Below, in pieces: positions 1 to 12,700 of a stretch of DNA of 64,000 bases. The first letter of the stretch is position 1. Each line of letters begins with the position of its first letter. Source of the stretch: Klebsormidium nitens. Lineage: Eukaryota; Plantae; Klebsormidiophyceae. Both the position numbers and the translations under genes were made by a program. The stretch lies in contig DF237006.1 in assembly GCA_000708835.1 (NCBI GenBank), positions 1-64,000 of the forward strand, given 5' to 3'. The notes below the pieces were generated by a model. That model saw nothing but the letters and a program-made list of their open reading frames with translations. It was not told the DNA's origin and made no database searches.

Positions 1-540
1 CCCGATGCGGGCCAGCCGGCAGAGGAGACGATACCGCACGGCACCCATTCAGCATTAGAATTCCACGACAAGCAGGTGGGCATCCGTCAAAAGCAAGCAA
101 CAAGATAGTTGGTAACTTGCAGTGCCTACCTCTGGATAAAGGCTTTTCAAAATCTTGCCGTCGACCACCAGATCATGCCAAGTCGACAACCACTCAAAAA
201 AGATCATAATCATCTACAAACTTAACTGCACATTCGACATTTGTTGTTTGAAAGCGTCGATCCGACGCGGAGCTTTGCTTGACAAAGTCCAGCACTGGCG
301 CCAAGCTGGTGTCGAGGCCGCATTGCGTCAATTGTTTCTGTTTTTCCTTGACGAAACTCGTGTATGTCACTTGCAAGGCCATTAGAGAATGAAAGAGACG
401 TCTAAACGATTGAGTCTCTCTGTCAAGACGTGACTTGCAGAATGTGAAATAGCAATGGCGCAACTTTCATCACGGCAGCGAAATGTAAAGGTCCAACATC
501 TTTTCAGATGGCTTTTGTCGAGAAGCTTCCAACATTGCTA

Positions 541-671
541 CAGCTTCTCCCAAGCAACCTTCTAGTTTTAGTGTCATCTAATCTGAACTAATCATCACTC
601 GGCAACGTACATACTGACTAGATTAGACCAATCTTTTCACTAAAATTGGACAGGTTGCTCGCGAGAAGCTG
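541..671. mobile_element. MITE (family A, copy 1), 131 bp, Tc1/mariner-like ends
   Basis: Imperfect TIRs CAGCTTCTCCCAAGCAACCT / reverse complement CAGCTTCTCGCGAGCAACCT (18/20). Flanked by TA at 539-540 and 672-673. No ORF. Confidence 0.85.
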
Positions 672-805
672 TAAGTCTTACTGGCCCTAGCTCATTGAAG
701 AGTTATAGTTCCGTGGCGGCGTCATCTAAAGAGCTGGGAAACACGTTCGGCTTTCACCAAGGATCTTCTATTCTCCCGTATTGTACTAACGTGACTTGCA
801 GTGCT

Positions 806-1566
806 CACAAGCTACCTATGGTGGGTACTGGCCGATCGTCGATTCCGACTCCGACCGCCACGAAATCGACTTATCGCGTATTGAGTATCGTCAGTATCAC
901 CGGCGGTTCGCGTCACGGCGACTCAGGTTTATGTTACTCGGGCGGTACGAGTACTGAGAAAATTTTGCTGGGCCGTGAGTGAGTGTGAGGAAGTCGATAG
1001 ACAGTGTCATATTTTACACTTTGAGAGCAGCATCAAATTGGCACGCGAAGAAGAGCCCTATGCAGCTTAAAAACACCTCGGACAAGCGAAAAAAAATGTT
1101 GGGAGAGCGTCATGGAGGCTCTTTTGAAGGTCCAGCATCATGTTATGTTGAGGACAAATCGGAACAAGCACCATGATAGCCGCAAAGTTGGCCGCCATTG
1201 CTTGCTCATGAAAAGCGCTATTCCCCACACTCCTGTTTCAACTTGTTGCACTCTTCTTTCAGATTAGGTACCGCAATATTCGACGGTGATTCGAGTCGGA
1301 AGTTCCGACCGAGACCATGAAATTCAAATTTTACGTACGGCCTGACTTATTAGGTACCGTACCGCCGGATACTCCGGAACTTTCCGATGATTGGTATTTC
1401 AGAGAAATTCGAATTCATGAACTCGGACCGGATTCTCGATAAACGGTCTGTACGGTCGTCACTGTCGCGTACATGATTTGTCACGACGCGTTACACCGGT
1501 GATTCAAATTTGAGACCGGACCGTCGCGCGATCGATACCGGCGATACCCACCATAGGTTGCTTGTG
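806..1566. mobile_element. Non-autonomous CMC/CACTA-like DNA transposon, 761 bp
   Basis: 22-bp TIRs CACAAGC(T/A)ACCTATGGTGGGTA with one mismatch, 5'-CAC...GTG-3' ends and a 2-bp CT duplication (804-805, 1567-1568). Subterminal repeats: GGCGGTAC at 941, its inverse GTACCGCC at 1359, and ATTAGGTACCG at 1263 and 1349. Confidence 0.75.
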
Positions 1567-2800
1567 CTACAGATGCAAGCGTGTATACAGCATTACTCAA
1601 CCAAGTCTGGTCCTGACACTTGGCCGGAGATTGATGGCCGTCAATTCAAGCATGTTGTCACCTTTGTCCAAACTCGAGGAGTTAAATCGGATCCTCGAAT
1701 ACACAAGAGACGTCTCGTAAATGCTGCTTCCTGGAGGCTGCTTGCCAGTTGCTCGCATACTTTTCGCCTTGGCCGCAGTCGCACGCGCGGCATGGCACGA
1801 GACGGGCCGCCCCGCTCCCTCAGTGGGGCATCCCTTGGAGCAGAGCGATGAATTTACGAATGTTCTTCTGCAACCTTGCGGACATCGCCACAAGTTGCGT
1901 CTTACAACATGCAGAAGAGACCATCGAGCACTATTGATAGTACTTCTAGCGTTTGGAATTCCGATGGCTCTTCGACCGTTTAGCGGCTTGCGAGGAACCG
2001 CTCCTCAACACGCTTTGTTGGCACGCCAACTTTTTGGCAGAGCGTTTTGAACATTTGCTAAAGGAAAACAAACTATTCTAATGCTAAATTACAAAATTAT
2101 TGAGGGAGTGTAAGGAGGCCGGCCGTCCCCGCCTTGGCCATGCTGACCCCTCTCCCAAATTCTAGATATGTCATCTTCATTCATGGATCTGTGATAGTAC
2201 AGGCATAGGTCTAACTCTAGGCTTGCCAAAAGGGTGTCGAGGAGTGACCGGTCCCCCTTGATGATTACTAGCGGCAAACGCAAGTGGTTGTTTGTCAATA
2301 GCATGCGAGTCCTTCCTCCAATATGACGTTGATTCCACTTTGGGTCTGATTGGAAACAACGGGGCTCCACGGAATCACAAAAAATGCCGCTCACGTGACT
2401 TAATTCCTCGATTTCAAGCTAGTCATTGGCGCTTTGCCAATCGAGCCGGAAACTATTAAGTATAAGCTGTTGCTCGGAATCAAACGCGAAACGAGTGGGC
2501 CGGATGATGATCATGTGGAGGTTTCATGTTGATCTATCACATATTGGCCATATCAACGTTGTGGATCACCTACAAAATACCGTGCAAAAATTTGTGGTGA
2601 AACGGTGGTAGATTACAATGTTTGCTTGTACTCAATTGTCACGACGGAGTGCCGATCCCTTTTGAGGAACTTAAGGTAGGGTAACCCGGCGGCTTCAACA
2701 CCCCGCCCTATGATTGCCAACGAAGAGCGACGAACTGTGTCACAATGTAATTACGGTTAACGAATGTCACTCGATAGTTGAAGGAATGTTCCGAAGTATA

Positions 2801-2914
2801 CAGCTTCTCCCGAGCAACTTGCCAGTTTTAGTCTAATCTAGTCAGTCTGTTGCTGAGTGCAATTAGTCTAGATTAGGTGACACTAAGAATGGCAGGTTGC
2901 TCGGGAGAGCGCTG
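2801..2914. mobile_element. MITE (family A, copy 2), 114 bp, inverted relative to copy 1
   Basis: TIRs CAGCTTCTCCCGAGCAACTTGCCA / ...TGGCAGGTTGCTCGGGAGAGCGCTG. Its reverse complement aligns with 541-671, including the internal CTAATCTAG/GACTAGATTAG motifs. TA on the left flank; right flank is TT. Confidence 0.8.
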
Positions 2915-3143
2915 TTATCAAGATTGAAAACGGACTCTTAGAGCCTAGTAGGGCTCCTAAAGCAGCATTCGGTTCAAGCTTTCATTAGCTTCAATCATCC
3001 CGAAACCAACTCGCCGCCCTTTTGAACTAGTCGAGACGGATATGTCACCGATCTCATATGAGTCGGAATAGGATCAACAACCGCTTGAGAATTCAGCATA
3101 TCTTTTAAATGTTCATAAAGTCGTTAGCTCATCAATCGACGTT

Positions 3144-6100
3144 CTAGGGTCCTTCTGAAACGTCTACAAGCAATGCTTGCAATGTCGACGAAACAACTGC
3201 CTCAAAATCTGTGCCAAATGTCGTTTCAGTAGTAATCCTTAAGCTAGCTTCATCTCCGAAGCTCATGTCTCTCTTAATAATTGTCGCGGTTTGACCCTCC
3301 CTTCCGCAGAATGACACAGGTTCCACGGATGGCAAGGTCTGGTTTGACGGGTTTGGCGACGAGATACTTGACGTCGCACTCACATCTTGCATCTGTAGAT
3401 TAAGTGTGCTTTCGTCAAGCATCTTGAGTGCCCCCTCCCCACCTCCTTCGGGAAGCGCACAATGGCTGTCCACTGTTGGAACGTGTTCCGCAGTTTCGCC
3501 CTCCTCCGGAGACCGCATTTGGCCTTCGGAGCCACCTCCCAGCGGGCTACTCCTGCAAGCCCAAGCGAGACTCCGCAACTGAGCCTATCGAGAATGATGT
3601 GAACAGAATATCAATGTCAAATCTTGCAAGGAGAAACGGAGCACGTCACGATCAATTGATCCTCGTTGTTACAGTCCTGACTGCAACATGTCCCCATGCT
3701 GTCTTTCTTCCTCGTGTAGGTTGTCGTGCCCACCTCATGCCGTCCTCGCTCTTCCCCGCGTCTGCTGCTCCCCCCGCCTCGTCTTGCTGACCCGCTGCTC
3801 CGGTCTGGTCACCTTCTACCGCCTGCGTCTCGGCAAACATGACTGACGCTTGAGTAGCCAGGAGTACTGACAATGAGAGCATGGATGAGGAAGGGCGCTG
3901 TACAGGGGGGCCTCGTAAGGCTATCAACCATTTTCCTCCTGACTCTGGTCGTGACATGACGTCGGATGTGCGTGGCACATTGCACTCAAAGCCAAAGAGA
4001 CCTTTTCCAGAGAATATGTTTGGAGTACGGTCGAGCACTGTTGGGTCCGCGAGAAAGCCCGCAGCATGGACGGCGGCATCGTGCGGCTCACCGTCTCCTG
4101 TGGCGGGGGCGGGTGCGGAGCGGGCGTGGGGTTGCCCAAGGGTGCCTTGTTGCTCAGGTCCCGGCTGCCGCGGTTGGGGCTTCGGAGCAGCTCCATGCGC
4201 CTGCACAGCGGCGGTCAAGGGAGGCAACAAAGGGGGGGGGCGGAGCAGGGAACAGAGGAGCTTGCAAGCGGGGAACGCGGGGCAGCCGTGGTGCGAGACA
4301 GACATGCGCAACAAGGCAGCGCAAAGTCGCGCCGCGCGGGCATGGCGCCGGGGCGGGATACTGCTTGGTCAGCTGCGCGGTGGCGCTCATCTGGTCCGCC
4401 AGCACCTTGAGAGCAGCGCGCACGCGCAGCGCCTCGGCAGCGTCGACCTGAGGGCGGTAGCCCGCCGTGGGTGGGAGGGTGGGGGTGGGCGGCGAACGCG
4501 CGCGGACGAGGCCGGTGCAGAAGGGGTCGAGCGCGATGTCGAAGCCGAGCCAGGCCTGCACCGCGGGCTCGCTACACCAGCGCAAGGCCCGCGCAGCCGG
4601 GTCAGGGTCCGGCCGCGAGTAAGACAGGGGAGAGAAATGACGCCCGCTCAACAAGGAGGACGGGACGCGCGCAAGGCGTCCGAGTCAGGTCGGGGCGACA
4701 ACACAGGTTGACCAGCAGAGAGGATGCGACTCAATCTCGATTCGCACGCAAAGCCGCTACTACACGCTAAGCGGGCCTCTCGTGCTCGCCACTTTATTTC
4801 CCGCTCATTCCACGCGTGCGGCGGCTCACTTGTGCAGCAGGTTGCCGAGGTCGGTGTTCATCTTGGCGAGGTAGTCCTGCCCCGCCCACACGAACGCCCG
4901 CTGGTGGCCCTGCTCCGCGCGCCACGCCGCCACCGCCTCCACCGCGTCCAGCGACGCGCCGCGCACCGCGTCCAGGCACGCGCCCAGCGCGCCCCTGCAC
5001 GCACGCACCACCGCCGCACCAGTCACCACCGGAGACACCACCGCCGCGTGCGGCACAAGTGAAGCCAGCACACGCAGTGACGTCCCCAGCGAGCTTGATC
5101 CGGAGTTTGGGCCAGGCCTGGCAAGTCTAGTGGGCAGTGCGGCGCGGGGGGGCTGACCTGTGGGGCAGGGCGTCCGGCGCGGCCTTGGCAAGCAGCAGCG
5201 TGCGCAGCCGGCCCAGCAGCTCCTCGCGCCGCCGCACCGCCTTGAGCACCTGCACCGCAAGGCCCAGCCAGCAGTCAGCCCGTACCACGCGCAACAGAAG
5301 GCCAACACCGCGTCCGCTGAACGGCCGTCCTGCTTGCACGCCTCTCAGGCGGCCCCAGTGGCCGTAACAACGTTTCGAAGAGGAGGCTATCCAATGTATG
5401 GCGACCGAAGAGGACAATGACAGCTATTTCTCAAACCGGATCCGACAATCGTTTGGATTCTGCAATATTAACCTGGTATCTGTCGATTTGAGATTTGTGC
5501 GCATGCTCGTAAGACTTGTTTCAGAATCAAAACTCCTTGACCATGGTTGTTGCATCCAGTGTCCCCTCCGATCGCCAGCTTTCACGGACCTTCTTTTTCT
5601 TGAAACGACGGCGAACACTGTGACTGGATTCAGAGAGCAAACCGTGGTCACGTGAGAGGTTTCTTATCTGACAAAGATACGCCGAGGAATTGGTTAACCG
5701 AAATGGAGCATGCTCGCAGTTTGCGGACAAGGATTCGAACTTGGACTCGACGGCGGGCGTCAGGACCCTTGTGGACGGCCACGCCCGGCAGGCGGGGGAG
5801 GGCCGTGCGCGCACCTGCATTTCGGCGTCCTGGTCCAGGAGGCGCGGCGGCGAACGAGGACGCAGCCGACGAGACGTGCCGGGGCTGGCAGACCTGCAGC
5901 CACGAGGAGCGGTCAGGAGAGCGACCGCTGCAGGCACACAGAGCGGCTCAGCTGCGGACAGAGCGCGGGCGTGGGGGCAAGGCGGGCGGATGCGAGGGAG
6001 AGCAACGGGGCTAAAGTTTCGGCCCGCTGTTTTCATGTCGAGAGTCTGAAGCTACGAGGGAACGCTCACGTGGGGCTGCCCTTGACGTCCTTGGCGGGAT

Positions 6101-8647
6101 GCGAGGGGGAGTGCGGGGCGTCGTCCGGCAGTGGGGACACCCGGGCAGTGCGCGCGTGGGGGCTGCCTGCGGGGGAGGTGCCCGGGGAGAGGTTCACCTT
6201 GGGGCTGGCGTTCCAGGGGGGGCGGCCGGGGGAGTCAGGAGAGGCGGCGCTGAGGGGGGCCGGGCCGGAGGGGGACCCCGAGGTGGGGGAGGCCGGCGGT
6301 GGGGGTGGAGGTCAGAATGGGGGCCAGCGAGGGCAGGCCCTTGCGCAGCGACTGCTTCTTGTCGTCCACATTAGCCGCGGTCGTCATGAGGGGGCTCCTG
6401 GCACAGGTCGCGCAGAGCGCAGGCGTGAGTGCCAGGTCGGAGACATGCAAAGGGCAGAGGGAAGCAACACCAGGTGCCGCAAGGGTAGGACTGCAGCAGG
6501 AGCCATACAGGCTGACAAGGCGTGAGGTCGCCGTGCCATTTCGAACGTGGAGGATACAAAGTCCGCCATGCCGTGCGGCAGGAGGGCCTACCGGGGGAGG
6601 GGCAGCAGCTGCGGCGCGACCTCGGCGTCCAGGCGGTGCGCAGGCAGGCGGCCGTACCTGCCACCCGAGACAGAGCAGGCACGCAGTGAGAGGAGCCGGC
6701 AAGGGGGCAACACGCGGGGAGGCTGCAGGGGAGCTGGAAAAGACACGGGGAAGATGAATCGTTGCTCAACAGTGAAGTACACGGCCCGGACCGGAGAAGC
6801 TCACTTCTTCAGGAAACTCCGTTCCCGCTGGGCCCGCTTCTTCTCCAAGTATGCCGACAGCTGGCGGCTGGCAGCCTGGGGCAGCGACGGAAACAGAACG
6901 CTGAGGGAGGGGTGGGGGCCAGGCAGCAGGAGGAGGGGCAAGGAGGACAGGGAGGCAGGCGCAATGGTGATGCAGGGCAGGCGGGGCAAAGGGGATGGAA
7001 GCATGCCGGCTTTGCAGACTACTCTTGGCACAAGTCTGTATCAGTCACTGGCAATGCGAAGGAAGTGATCTGTTGGCAACAAGAGAACATCAACCCGGAA
7101 CGCATTGCTCACGTCATTCTTGAGGGTCTCCTTAATGGACTCCAGGAAAGCCGTCTTGACCGCTATGCGCTGCTCCAGCTTGTGCTGCAGGCGCAGCGGA
7201 GGGAAGGAAAGGTCGGTCGGAAGAAGACGGAGCATGTGCAAGCAAACGACCAACCAACACCGTAAAGGAAAGAGGCATAAGCACCCGTAGCCCAAGTTTG
7301 AAGGAGCTGGGGCTCAGTTCGGCCTAGCTGCCGCGGCGCAGGGGTGTGCGCGGGTGCCTGTGCAATGATACTGGGGGCGGGGCATGCGGGCGATGCCTCA
7401 CCTTGTCCTCTTTCTGCCGCTCGGCCAGCCGCTGCCGGAGGAGCTGCAGCAGACAGAGGCAGGGGGTGGATGTGAAACTGTCCATCTAGAGGGAATGCGT
7501 AGCACACGCCGGACCCAGCACGGCAGATGCTCAAAGGAAAGCAGCACAAACCCGATCCCGAACCCATTGTGAGCAGCCCGTAGCTGCCTCATTCCCAGCC
7601 CTGCTAGAAGCAGAGACCCCTGGTCAAGGCTTACCCCTGGCGCATGCCGCAGTGGCCCTGACCACTGCAACAGAGCACTCAACAATGGCCACAAATGGCA
7701 GCCACAATTCAGCCTCAGTATCTCAGTTGCATGTTCACCTCTTTCTGATCGCCCCGCGTGATGACTGGCGCCACCTCCTTCCTGCCGCCCTGCCCCTTGC
7801 TGCCCTTCCCCGCCGCGCTCCTCCTTTTACCGCTGCCCGCTGGCTGCTGCCCCAGCTGCTGTTCCTCTTGGCGGAAGCTCCTGCGCGCCATCCTCTCCTC
7901 CAGGCTGCGCTTGCTGCCAATGCCCCACCGCGCCTTCTGCCCCGCCTTCGCAGCGTCCGCCCCTCTCTGCTGCTGCCGCCCAGCTCTCCCCTTGCCGGGG
8001 CTGCCCGTCCCTGCTGGCATGCCCACCCCCTCCCTGGACGGGGACTCTGGCCCTGCTGCTTCTGCCCCGGCAGGCAGGGCGGGGCCCCCAGGTTGCGCAG
8101 GCCAGGCGGCCACGTCGTCTGCCCCATTGAGGGTCTCCTGTGCACTTGCCGTGTGGCCATGAGCAGACTCCTCCTGCTCCTGCAGTGCTACCAGCCTCTC
8201 ACGTGGATCCTGACATCAGGGAAAACGACGACGCTCAGAACCCACACCAGTGACCACCATCAATGTTACCAGCCCCAAAGTACGGCAGCTCATTTGAAGA
8301 GTCTTCGTCCCAGCTCCTGAGAGTCGAAGCTGAGCGCCTACTTTGGGCTGCGTTGCTGCAAAGCGTTGGCAAAGAATGGAGCTCAAGAGAGGCACTTCTG
8401 TGCTTGATGACTTGTGGTCCGTCTTATTGCACTCGCTGCTCCCCCTCACCTGGGCTTCGTTCTGGTCTCTGCCCCCTCCCTCGAGCTCCCCCTGTGCTCC
8501 CTCCGCTGTCTGCGGTGGGCCTGCAGCACCTTCTTGGCCGGCATCGCTCCCCCCAGCGGCCTCCTCTGCCAAAGGGGCAGTCTGTGGGTCAGAGTCAGAA
8601 GCAGGCGGCCCAACGCCTGGCCCGTCCTCAAGTGATGCTGCATCCAT
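3144..8647 (-). CDS. Uncharacterised multi-exon protein with a disordered N-terminus and the motifs EMQVLKAVRRREELL ... VEAVAAWR ... FVWAGQDYLAKMNTDL ... WLGFDIALDPF
   Basis: ATG at 8647 (MDAASLEDG). Phase-compatible GT-AG exons with high GC3 chain down to a last exon ending in TAG at 3144. One apparent frameshift near 6235-6315. The motif resembles, from memory, an uncharacterised family of algae and oomycetes. Confidence 0.7.
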
Positions 8648-9784
8648 GTACTCGAGCCTGAGAGTACACTCTTAGCTTGCTCCCTGCAACTGTCTCTTAC
8701 GTAAGCACACCAGCATGGAAGCAATCCATTGCATTGCTTCAATTGCGGGGCAACATCCGCTCGGTCCTGGGCGCAAGCGGCCTGGTTCTAGAACAAAATC
8801 CTTGGTGATGGTGTCACCAGATCAAGAGAATGTGCAGTAGATCTGTGACTGTAGATGATCGAACAGGCCACGGGATGATGCCGCATTCAAAACTCTCTTT
8901 GCAACATTCCGAGAAATCAAGCATCCGACCCTGTGTTGCAATGACAGTACCTAGAACCCTAAATTCTAATTGTCGAGCCTTGCAATGCACAATCAAGAAA
9001 CGGGCACGCGGGTACGGTGAAATCGACGAGAAATTCATCAACACACGCGCTGGTGGGTATCGTACCAACGTCGTCGAAAGCCCAACCCTAATCTGAACCG
9101 TGTGTACTCGGGGTACTCATCAACGCTACATTTCTAGCACAGGCACTGCAGCCCAGTTGGCTGCGCAAATCATCACTCTTGCGCGTCCAATCAAAATCAG
9201 GTTAGGTACTGTGATCCGATCAAATGCTCAAATGCTCAAATGCTGTTATTATGAGTACACCCTGCGCATATAGCATGCCCGGGTAGGAACGTATGACATT
9301 GGAGATCGCGCCTCCTGCATCAAAGCGGTGTCAAAGGGCAATCAATCCGACAGCGCCCATGTGTGCCATGATGCAATCATCAACAATTGTAACATGCTGA
9401 TGATCAGACTGTACCGTGCTATGCATCACATTCGCCATACAGCGGCCCAAGCCCCTTTCCATGCATCATTGCAGTTGGTCCCACGTTGGCCCGCAGTTGC
9501 AAGCACAAAGTCGTCTAGCTGCCTGACAACAGGTTTTGAGCTATTTCGTAAGAATGCAATAGAGCCGTTTTATTGCAAGAGTGCAGCTCAACATCGAAAG
9601 TTTTTTGGTTACGACAACTAAGGGATGTGAATGTTTTGTCACAGAGGTGTTTTTGCATTACACTCAGAGTCACTAACTGTCGGTCAAAGTACTGCAAGTC
9701 CGAGCATTGATCCAACTCGCCAACACGTTATGCTTGACAGCGGCCCAACTTGACAATACATACCGGAATAAATAAAGACATGAT

Positions 9785-12700
9785 TCAGATGGAAGAAAAG
9801 AGGTCGAACATGCTCCTCTCCGATGCGTTCTCCTCCGCAACAATCTGCGACGAAATCAAGTCAGCATTTCAGTACAGCGGCATTCGACAGCCGTCATGCT
9901 AGTTTCATCGAAGGCCCACTCCGTTGAGGCCCCGTTGAGGCATGCAACAAAATGGACTTGACGGTGAAGCGACGACACCCGTTCCTTCATTTTGTGTCCC
10001 CTCATCCCAATGGCTGACCCACCTCGACAATCTTGTTGTCTGCCTGGGGCAGCACCAGCGCCGCCACGCACGCCTCTGCCACCTGGGCCCGGCTGACGGC
10101 CCCCCCGAACGTGGTGTCGGCCTGCCGGAAAACCACGTTGCCGCGCTGCACCACACCAACACCGCCCCAGTCAGCCAGCCTGCAACGTCCGCCGGGGCGT
10201 TTGTCGTCTCGACTGGAGCGTCAGGTCCGCCAATCAACAAGACTTCTCTTAAAGAACAGGGACTATTGCCGACATATTCCAAAACATGTGGGGGGTCTGA
10301 CCTTGGCGGTGGCGGTGAGGCCGCCAGGGCGCACGATGGTGTAGGGCAGCCCGGAGCGCTGCAGCACCAGCTCCGCCTGCTTCTTCCACCAGAGCAGGCC
10401 GTAAAACAGGTTGAACGGGGACACCAGCTGCGACGTGCCGATCGACGTCACCTGCACACGCAAACGGCCCCCCGGTCACACGCTCAGCAGGCGGCCAATG
10501 CACAAGCACAGAGGAGCGGCCGTCGCAGAGAGGGAGGAGGGTACTAACGCGCAGACGCACGTGGTGACGAGCCTTGGGCGTTCTGCGTGGCGGGCTCACC
10601 AGCACAAACTTGTTGACGTCCTTGTTCTTGGCGAGCGCCACCAGGTTGACCACGCCCTCGTACTCGTACTGCACACAGACGTGCGAGCCAGGCGTGAGCA
10701 GCGAGCCGCAGAGCGCCGCACACACGCAGGCAGGCAGCATCAGCACGTCGAAATGGCCGCAAGTGCGTGTTCTCTTACTGTATCGTGCGGGCGGGGCGGG
10801 TAGAGGCCGCGGCATGATAGCCGATGGCCCAGACGCAGGCAACATCGGAGCCACTCCAACCCCGAGTAACGAAAGGGATGTCGACTGACCTTGAAGGGGC
10901 CCAGCGGGTCGAAGATGTCAGGCCGCACCCCCGTCGCGCACAGCACCACGTTACTGCAGCACAACCGGCACGAGATGATCAGGATGAAGTGGGGGTGGAC
11001 TCAAGGATGGTAGAGACTGAGAAAAGGCGAATGCAGGCAGACAGCGATCGCCGAGAGTAGTTCGCCGGCCTCGCCAGCCACTCTCCCGCCTGCCTACCTG
11101 TCCCCGATGGCGCTCTGCAAGGTCTCATATCGGTATGTGTCGCCCTGCACCACGGTGACTCCTCGCATCGCCCGCAAGCTGCGCGCCTTGCTGGCGTCGC
11201 GCACCAGTGCACGCACAGGCACGCCCTTGCTGACCTGTACACCGCGCACATGCAGGGATCAGTGATGATGCCCGAAACAGGTTCTACGTGCATACCCGGC
11301 AAGGCCACAAGCTTTTTTGCGGCAAGAGGGTCAAGCGCCAGGGACGCTTTGCAGATTGTCTCGGCTCAGCGTCAGGCCAACACAGCTCCTTCCGAGCAAC
11401 CTGGCAATCCTAGACAGATGGGGGAGCCCAGAAGTTATCCGAAGTTAGTCTCGCTGTTTGTGTTGCAGACTTGATCAACTTACTGTGATCATCTAACTTC
11501 TGGACTTCTAGCGTCTTCTCAACCGGCAGCTTGCTAAGAAAAGCGATAGTTCAATACCGCGCAACCTCACCAGGCTCTCGACCAGCAGTCGCCCCGTGCG
11601 GCCATTGGCTCCTGCCACGAGCGCCCTGACTCCGGTGTAGGGCCCACTCTTGGCCGGCTGGAAGGCAGGCTGCGGTGGGGGCGGGCTGTCCATGGTGGTG
11701 TCGGCTGGCACGGGGGCTCCCTCAATGGCCTCGCTCACAGCGCTGGTCACGCCCCGGCGCAGCTCGTCCGCTGCCTCGAAGCCCTCCCCCACCGCCGTCG
11801 TGATCGCCCCCACCACATCGCCGCTCTGCGCGCGTGTGCCCACGATGTCCATCACCCCACGCACGCGGCTCACGTAGCGCTCGTTCTCCTGCACACAAAA
11901 ACACAGGGCAATCAGCGGCCATCAAGCTCCACACAACAACCACAATGGCTTGGGGGGCTATACCTCTTGCCACAATTTAAGGGTGTCTGGTGACGAGGAC
12001 AAAGGGCTCGTTAGGCTATACTGAAGAGCCAGTAGAAGGTTTCAGCTGCAAAAGACAGTGCGCCCACATGGTGTGGCGCAACAAGTGAGCCTTGTTCGTA
12101 CCAGGCAAGGGCCCATTGCAAACAATCGCTTATGCCCTGGCAGGGGGTCTATTGTAGTGGGGGGCAGCCACCACAGGGTGAGCCCATTATGGGGCACAGA
12201 ATAACTGCAGACCGGCCTGCCCAGAGTGGACAAAGCGGCAAGGAGAACAGGTGATTGTCAAAAGTTGCGGGGAGAACTTCTAGACAACGCTGATGTGATA
12301 TTTGGCCTCCTTTTGCGTGCAGGTGCTGCTGAATGCTTGCAATATTCTTGAGCTCTCCAAGTACTCTCCTCAGAGCTGGTCAACCAGCACTCCCTCTCGG
12401 CTGCTAGGCCTCTTCTGAGTGCGGCCAGCTCAGATTGGCACCTCTTTGCAGTTCTGGCCCATCTCCGTATCCACTGGCCTCAGATACTGTGATCAAACAG
12501 CCACAGATTGCCAGCGGCCCCACCCCACGCCCTCTCAGACACTTGGGATTGACAATGCGTGATCGCGCCACCCCCTGCATACCTCTGAGATTTTGCGGCC
12601 TGCTCTCTCTGCCCTGGCCGCCACGCTGCGCCCCTCCACCTCCAGGGTGCGCTGCACACTGTCTGCACCGTCCTGCGCCGCCTCCAGGGTGTCCTCCGCA

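Noticed and set aside
5728-5744. tRNA T-loop-like GTTCGAATCC on the minus strand
   Set aside because: The stem register is wrong for a T-arm, and there is no acceptor, D or anticodon arm. It lies inside an intron.
9051-9062. TGGTGGGTATCG matching part of the CACAA element TIR
   Set aside because: Only 12 bp match, with no CACAAG terminus and no partner end nearby.
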